This document shows positions 45,737-53,792 of a DNA stretch of 64,000 bases, one piece after another; within the stretch, counting starts at the first letter, position 1, and each line of letters begins with the position of its first letter. The position numbers and the translations under genes were made by a program. The notes under the pieces are model-generated. The model was not told the DNA's origin. It saw only the letters and a program-made list of their open reading frames with translations, and made no database searches. Where the stretch lies: the sequence record NC_005260.1. One strand, written 5' to 3'.

Positions 45737-46600
45737 TTAGTTTTTAGCGATAGCCATCACATTTTCAATGACTTTCAGCCAATGCCGAGCAAGTTCCAGA
45801 CGCGCTTCATAGTATGCGGTATCATACTTCATCGAACAATAAACTTCGTCCTTGAATTGCTTGATTGCTTGGTTCCGCTTGTGATCTTCGATTGTGTAGT
45901 GTTTCGCACGAGGATCAGGCATAAAGTTCTTGACTTCATCGGTTTCAAGCAGGATGATGTAACCTTTCCAACCACTCCAGAATTTGTAGTCTTTAAGGAT
46001 ATACTCGCCATTCAGCTTGACTTTAATCATTTCACACAGACCTTCTTTGAGCTGATCGCGTGTGATTTTACCGATAATAACATCGCGCAGAATTTCGCGA
46101 GATTCTTCCCATTCAGAACGATTAAAAACACAATGCCGCACCAGATCATTCATATGAGCCTGACGTTCAACAGCATCGCAATACTCAGATTGCAGTTTCA
46201 GAATATAACGCAGCCAGTGACGAGCCAGTTCCAGACGAGCTTCCCAGTATTCATCATTACCTTCGGACTCTTCATCTGCTTCTTGATGAAACTGTGCGAT
46301 GGCTTCATTCAACGGATCGTCCATTTCATCGGGATTACCAATCAGAATGCTGTGACCTTCCCAGCCGCTCCAGAACTTGTATCCGTTCAAGATCTTTTCA
46401 TTGCACAAATCTACACCACCGGCCTTTGAGCCGACAATACGACATATGCCAATCTTGCATTCTTCGCGGGTGATACGTCCGTCGATGATATCATTCAGTT
46501 TCGCTTTGGATACGTCGAAACGTTCTTTGTTCTTGACGTAATATTTTACGTCTTCGGAAACAGTCGGGTCATTGATGATTCGGGTTTGCAGTTCGTTCAT
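45737..46600 (-). CDS. ARLELARHW-family protein with two domain copies
   Basis: two YKFWSGW.G...EARLELARHWL units. Confidence 0.85.
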   Translation of the reverse strand: MNELQTRIINDPTVSEDVKYYVKNKERFDVSKAKLNDIIDGRITREECKIGICRIVGSKAGGVDLCNEKILNGYKFWSGWEGHSILIGNPDEMDDPLNEAIAQFHQEADEESEGNDEYWEARLELARHWLRYILKLQSEYCDAVERQAHMNDLVRHCVFNRSEWEESREILRDVIIGKITRDQLKEGLCEMIKVKLNGEYILKDYKFWSGWKGYIILLETDEVKNFMPDPRAKHYTIEDHKRNQAIKQFKDEVYCSMKYDTAYYEARLELARHWLKVIENVMAIAKN

Positions 46601-46629
46601 GATTTATTCCTCAGTTGTTTGATGTGGAC

Positions 46630-46657
46630 ATCCTATCATGTCCACATTTGCTGTCAA
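46630..46657 (-). promoter_or_regulatory. early promoter with 10-bp IR around -10
   Basis: TTGACA-N16-TAGGAT; ATGTGGACAT/ATGTCCACAT at 46622-46647. Confidence 0.8.
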
Positions 46658-46660
46658 TCG

Positions 46661-47029
46661 TTATTGCAAAACAATTTTAGTTTCGATGAAATTGATCCAG
46701 TGACGAGCAAGTTCCAGGCGAGCTTCCCAGTACGGATCATTGTCACCGTATTCAGACTCTTCCAAATCTTCTTCTTCATGAAACTGTTCGATTGCTTGAG
46801 GCAGATGATCGTGATACCGACGGGACTCTTCGGTAGTTTCACCGACATACACACAATAGCCTCGCATACCACTCCAATATTTGTAGCCTTCGAAGACGGA
46901 ATGATCTGTCAACATATCGCAGTTAATCAGATTGCACAAGCCACCGCGGCACTCATATCGAGTAATGCGACCTTCTACAACATCTTTGAGGATGTAATAC
47001 GCTTTCATAATATTTGCATTCATAAACAT
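46661..47029 (-). CDS. ARLELARHW-family hypothetical protein
   Basis: start revised to MFMNANI (AAGGA SD); RGGLC...YKYWSG...YWEARLELARHWI. Confidence 0.8.
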   Translation of the reverse strand: MFMNANIMKAYYILKDVVEGRITRYECRGGLCNLINCDMLTDHSVFEGYKYWSGMRGYCVYVGETTEESRRYHDHLPQAIEQFHEEEDLEESEYGDNDPYWEARLELARHWINFIETKIVLQ

Positions 47030-47063
47030 GATTATTTCCTTAGCAACTAGATACGATAAAGCC

Positions 47064-47092
47064 AGTCTACGCGAGACTGGCTTAGGTGTCAA
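47064..47092 (-). promoter_or_regulatory. early promoter with 10-bp IR around -10
   Basis: TTGACA-N17-TAGACT; AAGCCAGTCT/AGACTGGCTT at 47059-47083. Confidence 0.8.
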
Positions 47093-47093
47093 A

Positions 47094-47579
47094 TCAATTA
47101 TGAAGTTTTTTCATCTTTTTTGGCATTTCTTTGTTGAACACTGTGCAGAGTTCAGCCTTAGTCATGCCGTCATTGTACGCGAAACCGTTTGATTGTAACT
47201 CAGCAATCATCGCCGGTTTATCTTGACGAGCGAAACGCTTTTTCAAATCTGGCAACAGTTTCGGGTGAATATCGTTTTCTTTGGTATCTTGTTCGAGATA
47301 CACGATCAAAGTTTTTAGTTGTGTGATGTAATCGACGTTCCTAGACGCCAGACCGGAGCGCATAAACTCATGTCTAACCATACCTTCAAACTTGTTACAA
47401 AAGCAACATAGCAAACCGCGCACACGGCCAGCTTGCGGACCATTCAATTCGTGATCGTGATCAAGATGATTTTTGTTAATCTCTTTGTCAAGTTCGCGTT
47501 TGCATAGAGGGCAAATGCCATTTTGTGCATGGTACAGTTTTTCTTTTGCTGCATCATAGGTTTTGGGAGTCAAGATCAT
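47094..47579 (-). CDS. 49: recombination endonuclease VII gp49
   Basis: QNGICPLC...HLDHDHEL...VRGLLCCFCN; start MILTPK matches the T4 N-terminus. Confidence 0.95.
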   Translation of the reverse strand: MILTPKTYDAAKEKLYHAQNGICPLCKRELDKEINKNHLDHDHELNGPQAGRVRGLLCCFCNKFEGMVRHEFMRSGLASRNVDYITQLKTLIVYLEQDTKENDIHPKLLPDLKKRFARQDKPAMIAELQSNGFAYNDGMTKAELCTVFNKEMPKKMKKLHN

Positions 47580-47616
47580 TAGAGTCATTCCATTTTGATA
47601 GTATGACTCTATTTAG
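47580..47616 (-). promoter_or_regulatory. late promoter plus translation-blocking hairpin for gene 49
   Basis: CTAAATA at 47610-47616; 9-bp stem TAGAGTCAT/ATGACTCTA ending next to the ATG. Confidence 0.7.
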
Positions 47617-47619
47617 TTG

Positions 47620-48189
47620 TTATGCTTCCCACTTCAATTTTGCAGTAATATCAATGTGTGTTGCATCGATACGTTTCATCGAACCGTCATCATGTCTATA
47701 CCAATCACCAGCATAGTTGTAGATGTAAACGCGACCAGTAGTGCCGACAAACATCATAGCATCAGACATCGCATTGGATGCAAAACTGCTATATTGGAAA
47801 TACCCGCCCGTAATTTGAGCGCCGGCGATAAAACCAACAAAGCGGACTGTTAGACGCTCGGGTTTCCCGTCTGTGCGCGATATGCGCAACGGGAATTGAC
47901 GACCAATAGCGATCTCAGATGTGCTTTGTTTGCGACCGGTAACCCAGAGCTTATCGCATTGGATGAAAATGCCAGTGGATTCAACATATTGACCGTTAGC
48001 CCACTTATCACCCATAACGTGTTCATACTCGGCAATCAGTTTCAGATCGTTCATGAAAACATGAAATCTGGCGATTTTAGTCTCTGGATTGAAATCAATC
48101 AGAGTCATGTCCCTGAATTTCAGTCGAACAACATCACCAGGATTAAGCTCTTTCTTTTCGGCTTTTTCTTTACTTTCCAGAATAAACAT
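47620..48189 (-). CDS. hypothetical protein
   Basis: 189 aa, coupled operon. Confidence 0.8.
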   Translation of the reverse strand: MFILESKEKAEKKELNPGDVVRLKFRDMTLIDFNPETKIARFHVFMNDLKLIAEYEHVMGDKWANGQYVESTGIFIQCDKLWVTGRKQSTSEIAIGRQFPLRISRTDGKPERLTVRFVGFIAGAQITGGYFQYSSFASNAMSDAMMFVGTTGRVYIYNYAGDWYRHDDGSMKRIDATHIDITAKLKWEA

Positions 48190-48710
48190 TAGTCATATCT
48201 CCATGGCAGATCGTACAGTTGTTCGAATTGACCGAATGATGTAGTGTAGAGTTGAACGGCTTCATAATCACCATCATCAACAGCGATAGCATAATGTGCC
48301 ATGCCTTTGTTGTCAATCAAAATCAAACAAGGATCTTCTTCCGCGATGCCAATTCGCACACTCTCGACTTTAGAGCTGGTTCGATCCCACAACAGTGTGA
48401 TTCCGGTTTCGGCAACAACTTTCATTTCATCAACGAAATCGCCAACATTAATCACACTGCGATTGGTATAGAAAAGCTCGCCGTTTTCGATTGTATAATC
48501 GGACATATTGATTAGATACATCGGACGACCAATCGGGTCTTTCGCATTGTGCCAGCGTCCATTTTCAAACACAAGTTCGGAATAAGCAATATCTCCGATT
48601 GTGAGTTTGATAGAGTTTGATGTTACCTCAGTCAAAACACCTTGCAATCCTTTCACTCGAACAACATTGTCGATTTCAACTTTTTTCTTGTCTTCCGAAT
48701 AACGAAACAT
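48189..48710 (-). CDS. hypothetical protein
   Basis: 173 aa, coupled operon. Confidence 0.8.
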   Translation of the reverse strand: MFRYSEDKKKVEIDNVVRVKGLQGVLTEVTSNSIKLTIGDIAYSELVFENGRWHNAKDPIGRPMYLINMSDYTIENGELFYTNRSVINVGDFVDEMKVVAETGITLLWDRTSSKVESVRIGIAEEDPCLILIDNKGMAHYAIAVDDGDYEAVQLYTTSFGQFEQLYDLPWRYD

Positions 48711-48711
48711 A

Positions 48712-49269
48712 TTAACCTCGGTATTGATTGATCACACATATGTGGGTATCGTTGACGAACATACTACCATTTGAGTCCGGTTCCACAAAGTAAAGTGTTT
48801 GGCCGGTGCCTACAATAACGCGCTCTTTGCCGTCTTCGTTTTTCACCACAATAGCATTTTTCTCACAACGACTCGGGTTAAAAATAATCTGATCTTTGTT
48901 GATTACAAACGACCCCACGGCAACAACTACACCCTTGTAATAGGTAGACTCGACGCAATAATCAATCTCTTCACCAGCAGCGATTGGCTGCTTTACACCG
49001 TAATCATACAGCATACCAAGACTCATGCCATAGCGAGAGTTCATACCGCTGCCGGTGATTGTGTATCCGCGATCTGGGTTATAACAGCGATACCGATATG
49101 ATTTGGAACTCAGTTGATAGAAATCGAGTTCAACCTTTGCGCCAGTGTCGGTATCAGTCAGGTAAACTTTCTTGCCGTCGATTTTCTCGATAGTCAGGAG
49201 TTCGCCGCGATTGAGATTGATAACACTACCAATACCGAGTCGAATCGGATTAACAATTTTACAAATCAT
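48712..49269 (-). CDS. hypothetical protein
   Basis: 185 aa, coupled operon. Confidence 0.8.
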   Translation of the reverse strand: MICKIVNPIRLGIGSVINLNRGELLTIEKIDGKKVYLTDTDTGAKVELDFYQLSSKSYRYRCYNPDRGYTITGSGMNSRYGMSLGMLYDYGVKQPIAAGEEIDYCVESTYYKGVVVAVGSFVINKDQIIFNPSRCEKNAIVVKNEDGKERVIVGTGQTLYFVEPDSNGSMFVNDTHICVINQYRG

Positions 49270-49439
49270 TTATTCATCCTCATTTCACGTTTAAGCCGTT
49301 CGATACGCTGATTAACAGCGATACCGTCAGGAGTACACACAGAAGCACCGGAAGCGGTATGGATCTGCATAGCATAAGCATTGATTTTGATCATCGGCTT
49401 GTACTTCATACGATTCATAAGGCGTTTCAGGTAGTTCAT
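49266..49439 (-). CDS. small basic hypothetical protein
   Basis: start revised to MNYLKRL (GGAGA SD). Confidence 0.7.
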   Translation of the reverse strand: MNYLKRLMNRMKYKPMIKINAYAMQIHTASGASVCTPDGIAVNQRIERLKREMRMNK

Positions 49440-49464
49440 GGTGTTCTCCGTGGTTGATAGCAAG

Positions 49465-49492
49465 AGTATAGCGATTGGATTCCTACTGTCAA
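49465..49492 (-). promoter_or_regulatory. early promoter
   Basis: TTGACA-N16-TATACT. Confidence 0.75.
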
Positions 49493-49528
49493 ACACTATT
49501 TTCGTTCGAATAGTAATCTACTCCAGAA

Positions 49529-49655
49529 AGTCGCGCCAGCGACTGCGAAGCTAACTCATTGATTACCTTAAGGAAGACAAAATAGATTCTCATTAAAGAT
49601 CTATAAGAGATTTTATTTTGTCTTTGTTCGCTACGCTCACAAGTGCTGGCGCACG
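49529..49655 (-). repeat. non-coding palindromic element, copy 2 (core 49542-49622)
   Basis: inverted copy of 22413-22493 with 1 mismatch; flanks partly conserved. Confidence 0.9.
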
Positions 49656-49739
49656 TTACCCGCGATTCCATTGCGTTCTAATACATTCGTATCAGTATAA
49701 CGTAGGAATCGCCGGTACGTTGATACCAGAGCTTTTGGC

Positions 49740-50201
49740 TTAATATCTGAGTGTGGTAGGTGATAGTCCAATTATACCACGATTGAAATCCAGCTCGATT
49801 CTATACCAGTTACCACGCTCTGTTTTCATATGGCTATCTCTTGTGACATCACAGTTCGGACTAGCCCATTGCAAAGTGTTTTTGATACCATCTGGAGTTC
49901 GATCTGAACTCATAACAACGATAACCCGTTTGCCTTCATTGACAATGCAACCACTGCTAATGAAATCAGCATTGAATCGACTTTCGGTAACATTAAATGG
50001 AGTCTGCACAAAACGCGCTGGAACGATTACCAAGTCGTTCCCTAGATAAACTGATATGTCTCCACTGTCCACGTCAAGCATCGCGTCCAATTTCGTTCCA
50101 CACACGTAGGCGTGATATAACTCGATTACTTGATTCGCAGTCATTTCTGGGCGTTCTTTGTGTGCCCTGAACATAGACATATTAACAATTTGAACTTTCA
50201 T
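49740..50201 (-). CDS. hypothetical protein
   Basis: 153 aa; AGGAG SD. Confidence 0.8.
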   Translation of the reverse strand: MKVQIVNMSMFRAHKERPEMTANQVIELYHAYVCGTKLDAMLDVDSGDISVYLGNDLVIVPARFVQTPFNVTESRFNADFISSGCIVNEGKRVIVVMSSDRTPDGIKNTLQWASPNCDVTRDSHMKTERGNWYRIELDFNRGIIGLSPTTLRY

Positions 50202-50217
50202 TTATTTCTCCTATGAA

Positions 50218-50237
50218 AAAGGGCCCGAAGGCCCTTT
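50218..50237 (-). terminator. UUCG terminator
   Basis: AAAGGGCC-TTCG-GGCCCTTT-TT. Confidence 0.8.
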
Positions 50238-50239
50238 GT

Positions 50240-50482
50240 TTAGATTGAATGTAACTTGATATTTCGAGTGGTACATAGATGCAAATCGCAAATAGCGTCT
50301 ACTTTAGTGCCGTCACTCAACACGATATCAAAAGAGTTGTATACGTTGGCACAAATGATTGTTACGTGTTCACCGTATACTTGCGCTTTCAACAGCTTAC
50401 CGAACACTTCGGCACCGTAAGCGAATTCCCACTCGGATGCATCTACCATGTCCAGCTTGATGATTTTTGCTTTAACATCCAT
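50240..50482 (-). CDS. hypothetical early protein
   Basis: 80 aa; GAGGA SD behind a promoter. Confidence 0.75.
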   Translation of the reverse strand: MDVKAKIIKLDMVDASEWEFAYGAEVFGKLLKAQVYGEHVTIICANVYNSFDIVLSDGTKVDAICDLHLCTTRNIKLHSI

Positions 50483-50517
50483 GATGTATTCCTCAGTTGT
50501 TTGGCTTCAATGTGGAC

Positions 50518-50545
50518 ATAATATCAGGTTCGAAAATCAGTGCAA
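50518..50545 (-). promoter_or_regulatory. early promoter
   Basis: TTGCAC-N16-TATTAT; leader GTCCACATTGAAG. Confidence 0.65.
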
Positions 50546-50896
50546 GCACTTTTTCATGAATTCATAATGTTTTTGTTTGTTGAAGGTATAGCGAAATTCA
50601 GGACGAGCCACGATACCTTCAAACAACACCGGAGATTTTGCAATCACGGTAACATCATATCCGACCAACTCACGCTTGCAATGAACATTCGGTACCTTGA
50701 TTTCGGATTCACGATTGATCGGAACGTACATCGGAACACCATAAACAACTTGCACAGCAAACACTTGCACCGTTTTCTTGATCATCGCCGGAATAGTGAA
50801 AATCTCTTTGATCTTCACGCCCTCGATATGGCCGTTTGCGATCATCTGCTGATATACTGCCATTGACGCTTTCATGTCTTCTTTCTTGATAAACAT
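50537..50896 (-). CDS. hypothetical protein
   Basis: 119 aa; AAGGA SD. Confidence 0.75.
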   Translation of the reverse strand: MFIKKEDMKASMAVYQQMIANGHIEGVKIKEIFTIPAMIKKTVQVFAVQVVYGVPMYVPINRESEIKVPNVHCKRELVGYDVTVIAKSPVLFEGIVARPEFRYTFNKQKHYEFMKKCLH

Positions 50897-50906
50897 AGTA
50901 TTTTCC

Positions 50907-51134
50907 TTAAATCAGTTCGATGAATTTAGATGGGATATCTTCAAACAGAATACAGTTCAGCTCAAAGCTATAACCGTTTTCTGTCTCTTCTATTTCAAAC
51001 TCGGTCTTTTGTTCAGCATGATAGAAGAAAACATGGAGACCGTGAATACCAACAAGTTCATAGAGAAAATCACTTTCATCGGATGAACAATAGGCATCAA
51101 TAGCTATGCCGAAATCTTTGATACGTGCTTTCAT
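50907..51134 (-). CDS. small acidic hypothetical protein
   Basis: 75 aa, coupled. Confidence 0.7.
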   Translation of the reverse strand: MKARIKDFGIAIDAYCSSDESDFLYELVGIHGLHVFFYHAEQKTEFEIEETENGYSFELNCILFEDIPSKFIELI

Positions 51135-51517
51135 TAACGACCGTCCTTACAAGAAATGAAACCGAAGATACCGAGTTTAGAGCCCTGGGACATTGCATCT
51201 TGCCACTTGCTTACATGACCACGAACATACTTAGTAGCAGCTTTCCAACCGTTGGCTTTCAGAATCTCTCCGGTTTCCATGTTCACAAACCAAACAACAC
51301 TACGGGTAGATTGATTCGCATAGTCGGCTCGGAAGATTCTGGCATTCTTTTTGCCGAACTCAATGCCGTACACATAGCGAGAAATATTACCGTCTACCAG
51401 ACGCTGGGCATGGTCTTGCTCATAACGCTTGAAGAAATCTGGAACACTGATATCAAAATAAACGTGATCCGAAAACTCGTTCATTTCTTTTACCATTTGT
51501 TCGATTGCTGCTTTCAT
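51134..51517 (-). CDS. hypothetical early protein
   Basis: 127 aa; SVVWFVNMETGEILKANGWKAA..YVRG segment typical of a widespread phage family. Confidence 0.8.
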   Translation of the reverse strand: MKAAIEQMVKEMNEFSDHVYFDISVPDFFKRYEQDHAQRLVDGNISRYVYGIEFGKKNARIFRADYANQSTRSVVWFVNMETGEILKANGWKAATKYVRGHVSKWQDAMSQGSKLGIFGFISCKDGR

Positions 51518-51550
51518 TATGAATTCCTCAGTTCTTGTTTCGATGTGGAC

Positions 51551-51578
51551 ATATTATCAGGTCCACACCCAGCGTCAA
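51551..51578 (-). promoter_or_regulatory. early promoter with IR around -10
   Basis: TTGACG-N16-TAATAT; TGTGGAC/GTCCACA at 51544-51567. Confidence 0.75.
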
Positions 51579-51587
51579 GCAATTTTC

Positions 51588-52187
51588 TTAATTATTTTCG
51601 TCTGTATTTTCGTACAGATGATTGATTTTAGAAACATCAAATTGGTGATCGATTTCATCAAACACTTTTTGTACCATTTCTTTGATTTCGGCATTGTGAA
51701 GTGGACAAGTCCGATCAACTCGACGGAACGGATCTCCGCGACGGTGTTCCGGACAAGTGCAGTGTGGCAGATTGTATTTGTGGAAAGACGAATCGATATC
51801 AAAACCCCAGAGAGATTGCAATTCGTATTCGATGTCCTTTAGCCATGCAAGATGTTTGGCAATACGCTGTTTCTGTATCACATTACCAACAGTACCTGGA
51901 CTATAAAGTTTCTCGTTTTGAAGTTGCTTTACATGGATATCCCGATAGTGTTGCAACTGATCGATCTTGAGAATCGTTTCATCCGACAGATTTCGAGAGA
52001 TAGCCAGATCCAGATTAACGGTAGTGTGACGCTGTTTGATAGCGCGTTCCCATTGTTCAGCCATAAAAGCAATGATCTTTTGTGCATTCGGCCGGTCTTT
52101 TGCTTCGAACACGCCGAGAAGTTTCAGCGCGTCTTTCTGTGCCAGAAAGATACGGAGTTTATCCGCATCAGTTATCAGTTTTTTCAT
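51588..52187 (-). CDS. hypothetical protein with C-terminal Cys/His cluster
   Basis: start revised to MKKLITD; FHKYNLPHCTCPEH...CPLH may bind metal. Confidence 0.75.
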   Translation of the reverse strand: MKKLITDADKLRIFLAQKDALKLLGVFEAKDRPNAQKIIAFMAEQWERAIKQRHTTVNLDLAISRNLSDETILKIDQLQHYRDIHVKQLQNEKLYSPGTVGNVIQKQRIAKHLAWLKDIEYELQSLWGFDIDSSFHKYNLPHCTCPEHRRGDPFRRVDRTCPLHNAEIKEMVQKVFDEIDHQFDVSKINHLYENTDENN

Positions 52188-52410
52188 TGACAAACTCCAT
52201 AAATTCTTTTTCGTAGCCACGATTGATTGCGAACGATACCACATCTTCACCGCCAGCTATCATGTGACGACGAACAGATTCCAAGAAGTAATCGAACTCA
52301 CTGAAACCATGTGAACTTTGCATTTTCAGATGCCAGTTGATCTTTTGATCCAATTCTTTCAGATTGATTGAATGATGTTTCCAATGAAAAACTCGACTTT
52401 GATTTTTCAT
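52168..52410 (-). CDS. hypothetical early protein
   Basis: start revised to MKNQSR (GGAG SD). Confidence 0.7.
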   Translation of the reverse strand: MKNQSRVFHWKHHSINLKELDQKINWHLKMQSSHGFSEFDYFLESVRRHMIAGGEDVVSFAINRGYEKEFMEFVNEKTDN

Positions 52411-52436
52411 AACGACTCCGTTTTGTATCTGGGACC

Positions 52437-52464
52437 AATATAACATGGTCCCAGATAGAGTCAA
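52437..52464 (-). promoter_or_regulatory. early promoter with 12-bp IR around -10
   Basis: TTGACT-N16-TATATT; TATCTGGGACCA/TGGTCCCAGATA at 52426-52457. Confidence 0.75.
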
Positions 52465-53346
52465 TCAATTTTTACCAACATACCAAGCGAATACGCTATG
52501 AAATGCGGAGCTTGCACTCTTACCGCCACGAGCTTCGTATTCGGCAATGAATTTCACGCGATCACGGATACCTTCTTCCCACAGAACATTAGCCAGTTTG
52601 GACGGACGATGACGAACAATTTCACCACTTGGTGCAGCATAACGCTTTTTACCGTCTCCCGTATCAACTACTTGGGCAGCTACTTTCTTGCCAACGACTT
52701 TAGCCGGAACTTTGATCTCGACTTTGTTTTGTTTGACTTCTACCTTCTGGGTTACAACGGTAACAGTCGGAGCAGCTTCACCCTTGCGAGTCGGTACATA
52801 AGTCAGCATGGATTTATCTTGCGGGCCAACATAATCGAACGGCTTGATTGGGTGTTTGCCATTGCGAGTGCGATAAACGTGGCCTTTCTGAATGTTATCA
52901 TGAACTTTCTTGTTAACAACGACTTTCTGACCAGCAACACCGTAAACGTGTTGGTTGACAGGTACTTCCAGATCGTGATAAGTCTTACCGCTACCACCCA
53001 TCATTTTGTGAATATACTGCCAACGAGCGTCATGTCCACTTTTACCTCGTTGTACATAATCAACAATATGTGCAACTTCGTGACTTACGGTTTCGTCAAG
53101 CAGATGCCACCAAGCTTTCTCGCTCATGATCATCATGTTAACGTTGAAATTCAGCTCATACTTGCGATTGAAGCTATAGCCTTGCATCATTGCGCGACCA
53201 GCAGAGCGAGCGCGAAGAGTGAATTTTACTGCCAGATTCTTACCAATCACGAGGTCAACACCGAACAGTTCGTTGGCTTTTTTAACTTCGATTTCTACCC
53301 GGGCTTTGAGTGCTGCGATTGCTTGATCTTTCAGATTCAAAGTCAT
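52465..53346 (-). CDS. SprT-like zinc metallopeptidase
   Basis: AGRA, ETVSHEVAH (HExxH), GHDARWQ...MGG; start MTLNLK. Confidence 0.85.
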   Translation of the reverse strand: MTLNLKDQAIAALKARVEIEVKKANELFGVDLVIGKNLAVKFTLRARSAGRAMMQGYSFNRKYELNFNVNMMIMSEKAWWHLLDETVSHEVAHIVDYVQRGKSGHDARWQYIHKMMGGSGKTYHDLEVPVNQHVYGVAGQKVVVNKKVHDNIQKGHVYRTRNGKHPIKPFDYVGPQDKSMLTYVPTRKGEAAPTVTVVTQKVEVKQNKVEIKVPAKVVGKKVAAQVVDTGDGKKRYAAPSGEIVRHRPSKLANVLWEEGIRDRVKFIAEYEARGGKSASSAFHSVFAWYVGKN

Positions 53347-53390
53347 GATGTTTTCCTCAGTGCATTTCATTGATTGGTTTCGATGTGTCC

Positions 53391-53418
53391 ATAATAACAG
53401 GCAGATCCCAAGCGTCAA
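53391..53418 (-). promoter_or_regulatory. early promoter
   Basis: TTGACG-N16-TATTAT; leader GGACACATCGAAAC. Confidence 0.75.
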
Positions 53419-53437
53419 CAATTTTTTGGAAATAAAA

Positions 53438-53455
53438 ATCCGCCCGAAGGCGGAT
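53438..53455 (-). terminator. UUCG terminator
   Basis: ATCCGCC-TTCG-GGCGGAT-TTTTATTT. Confidence 0.85.
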
Positions 53456-53457
53456 CA

Positions 53458-53751
53458 TCATTTCTTTGTTGCTAGTCTTAGCAAATGTCTGAGCTGGGCA
53501 CTGTCAATATTCGTTTTGATTTGCTCGGCGAGATCTGCTGGATTTGAATCCGGTAGCGCATCAGCATAAGCTTGATAAACATCGTCAGCACTATCAAACC
53601 CACGATATCGCTTGATCCGATTTCTGGTGATTGACTGCACAAGATACGATTCAAACTGATCGCGATAGATGCCAGATTTCACCAACATTCGATCAATAAA
53701 AGCGGCAATGTGATAAAGAACATACAACAAGACAAATTGAACGTGTTTCAT
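53458..53751 (-). CDS. hypothetical protein
   Basis: 97 aa; AGGAG SD. Confidence 0.75.
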   Translation of the reverse strand: MKHVQFVLLYVLYHIAAFIDRMLVKSGIYRDQFESYLVQSITRNRIKRYRGFDSADDVYQAYADALPDSNPADLAEQIKTNIDSAQLRHLLRLATKK

Positions 53752-53792
53752 ATTTCTCCTTAAAAGAAAAGAGGGCTTTCGCCCTCTCTTGA

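Noticed and set aside
45259-46730. ~30-bp direct repeats (CCAGTGACGAGCCAGTTCCAGACGAGCTTC) as a CRISPR array
   Set aside because: Spacing is hundreds of bp and irregular, and the repeats are in-frame codons for the ARLELARHW motif
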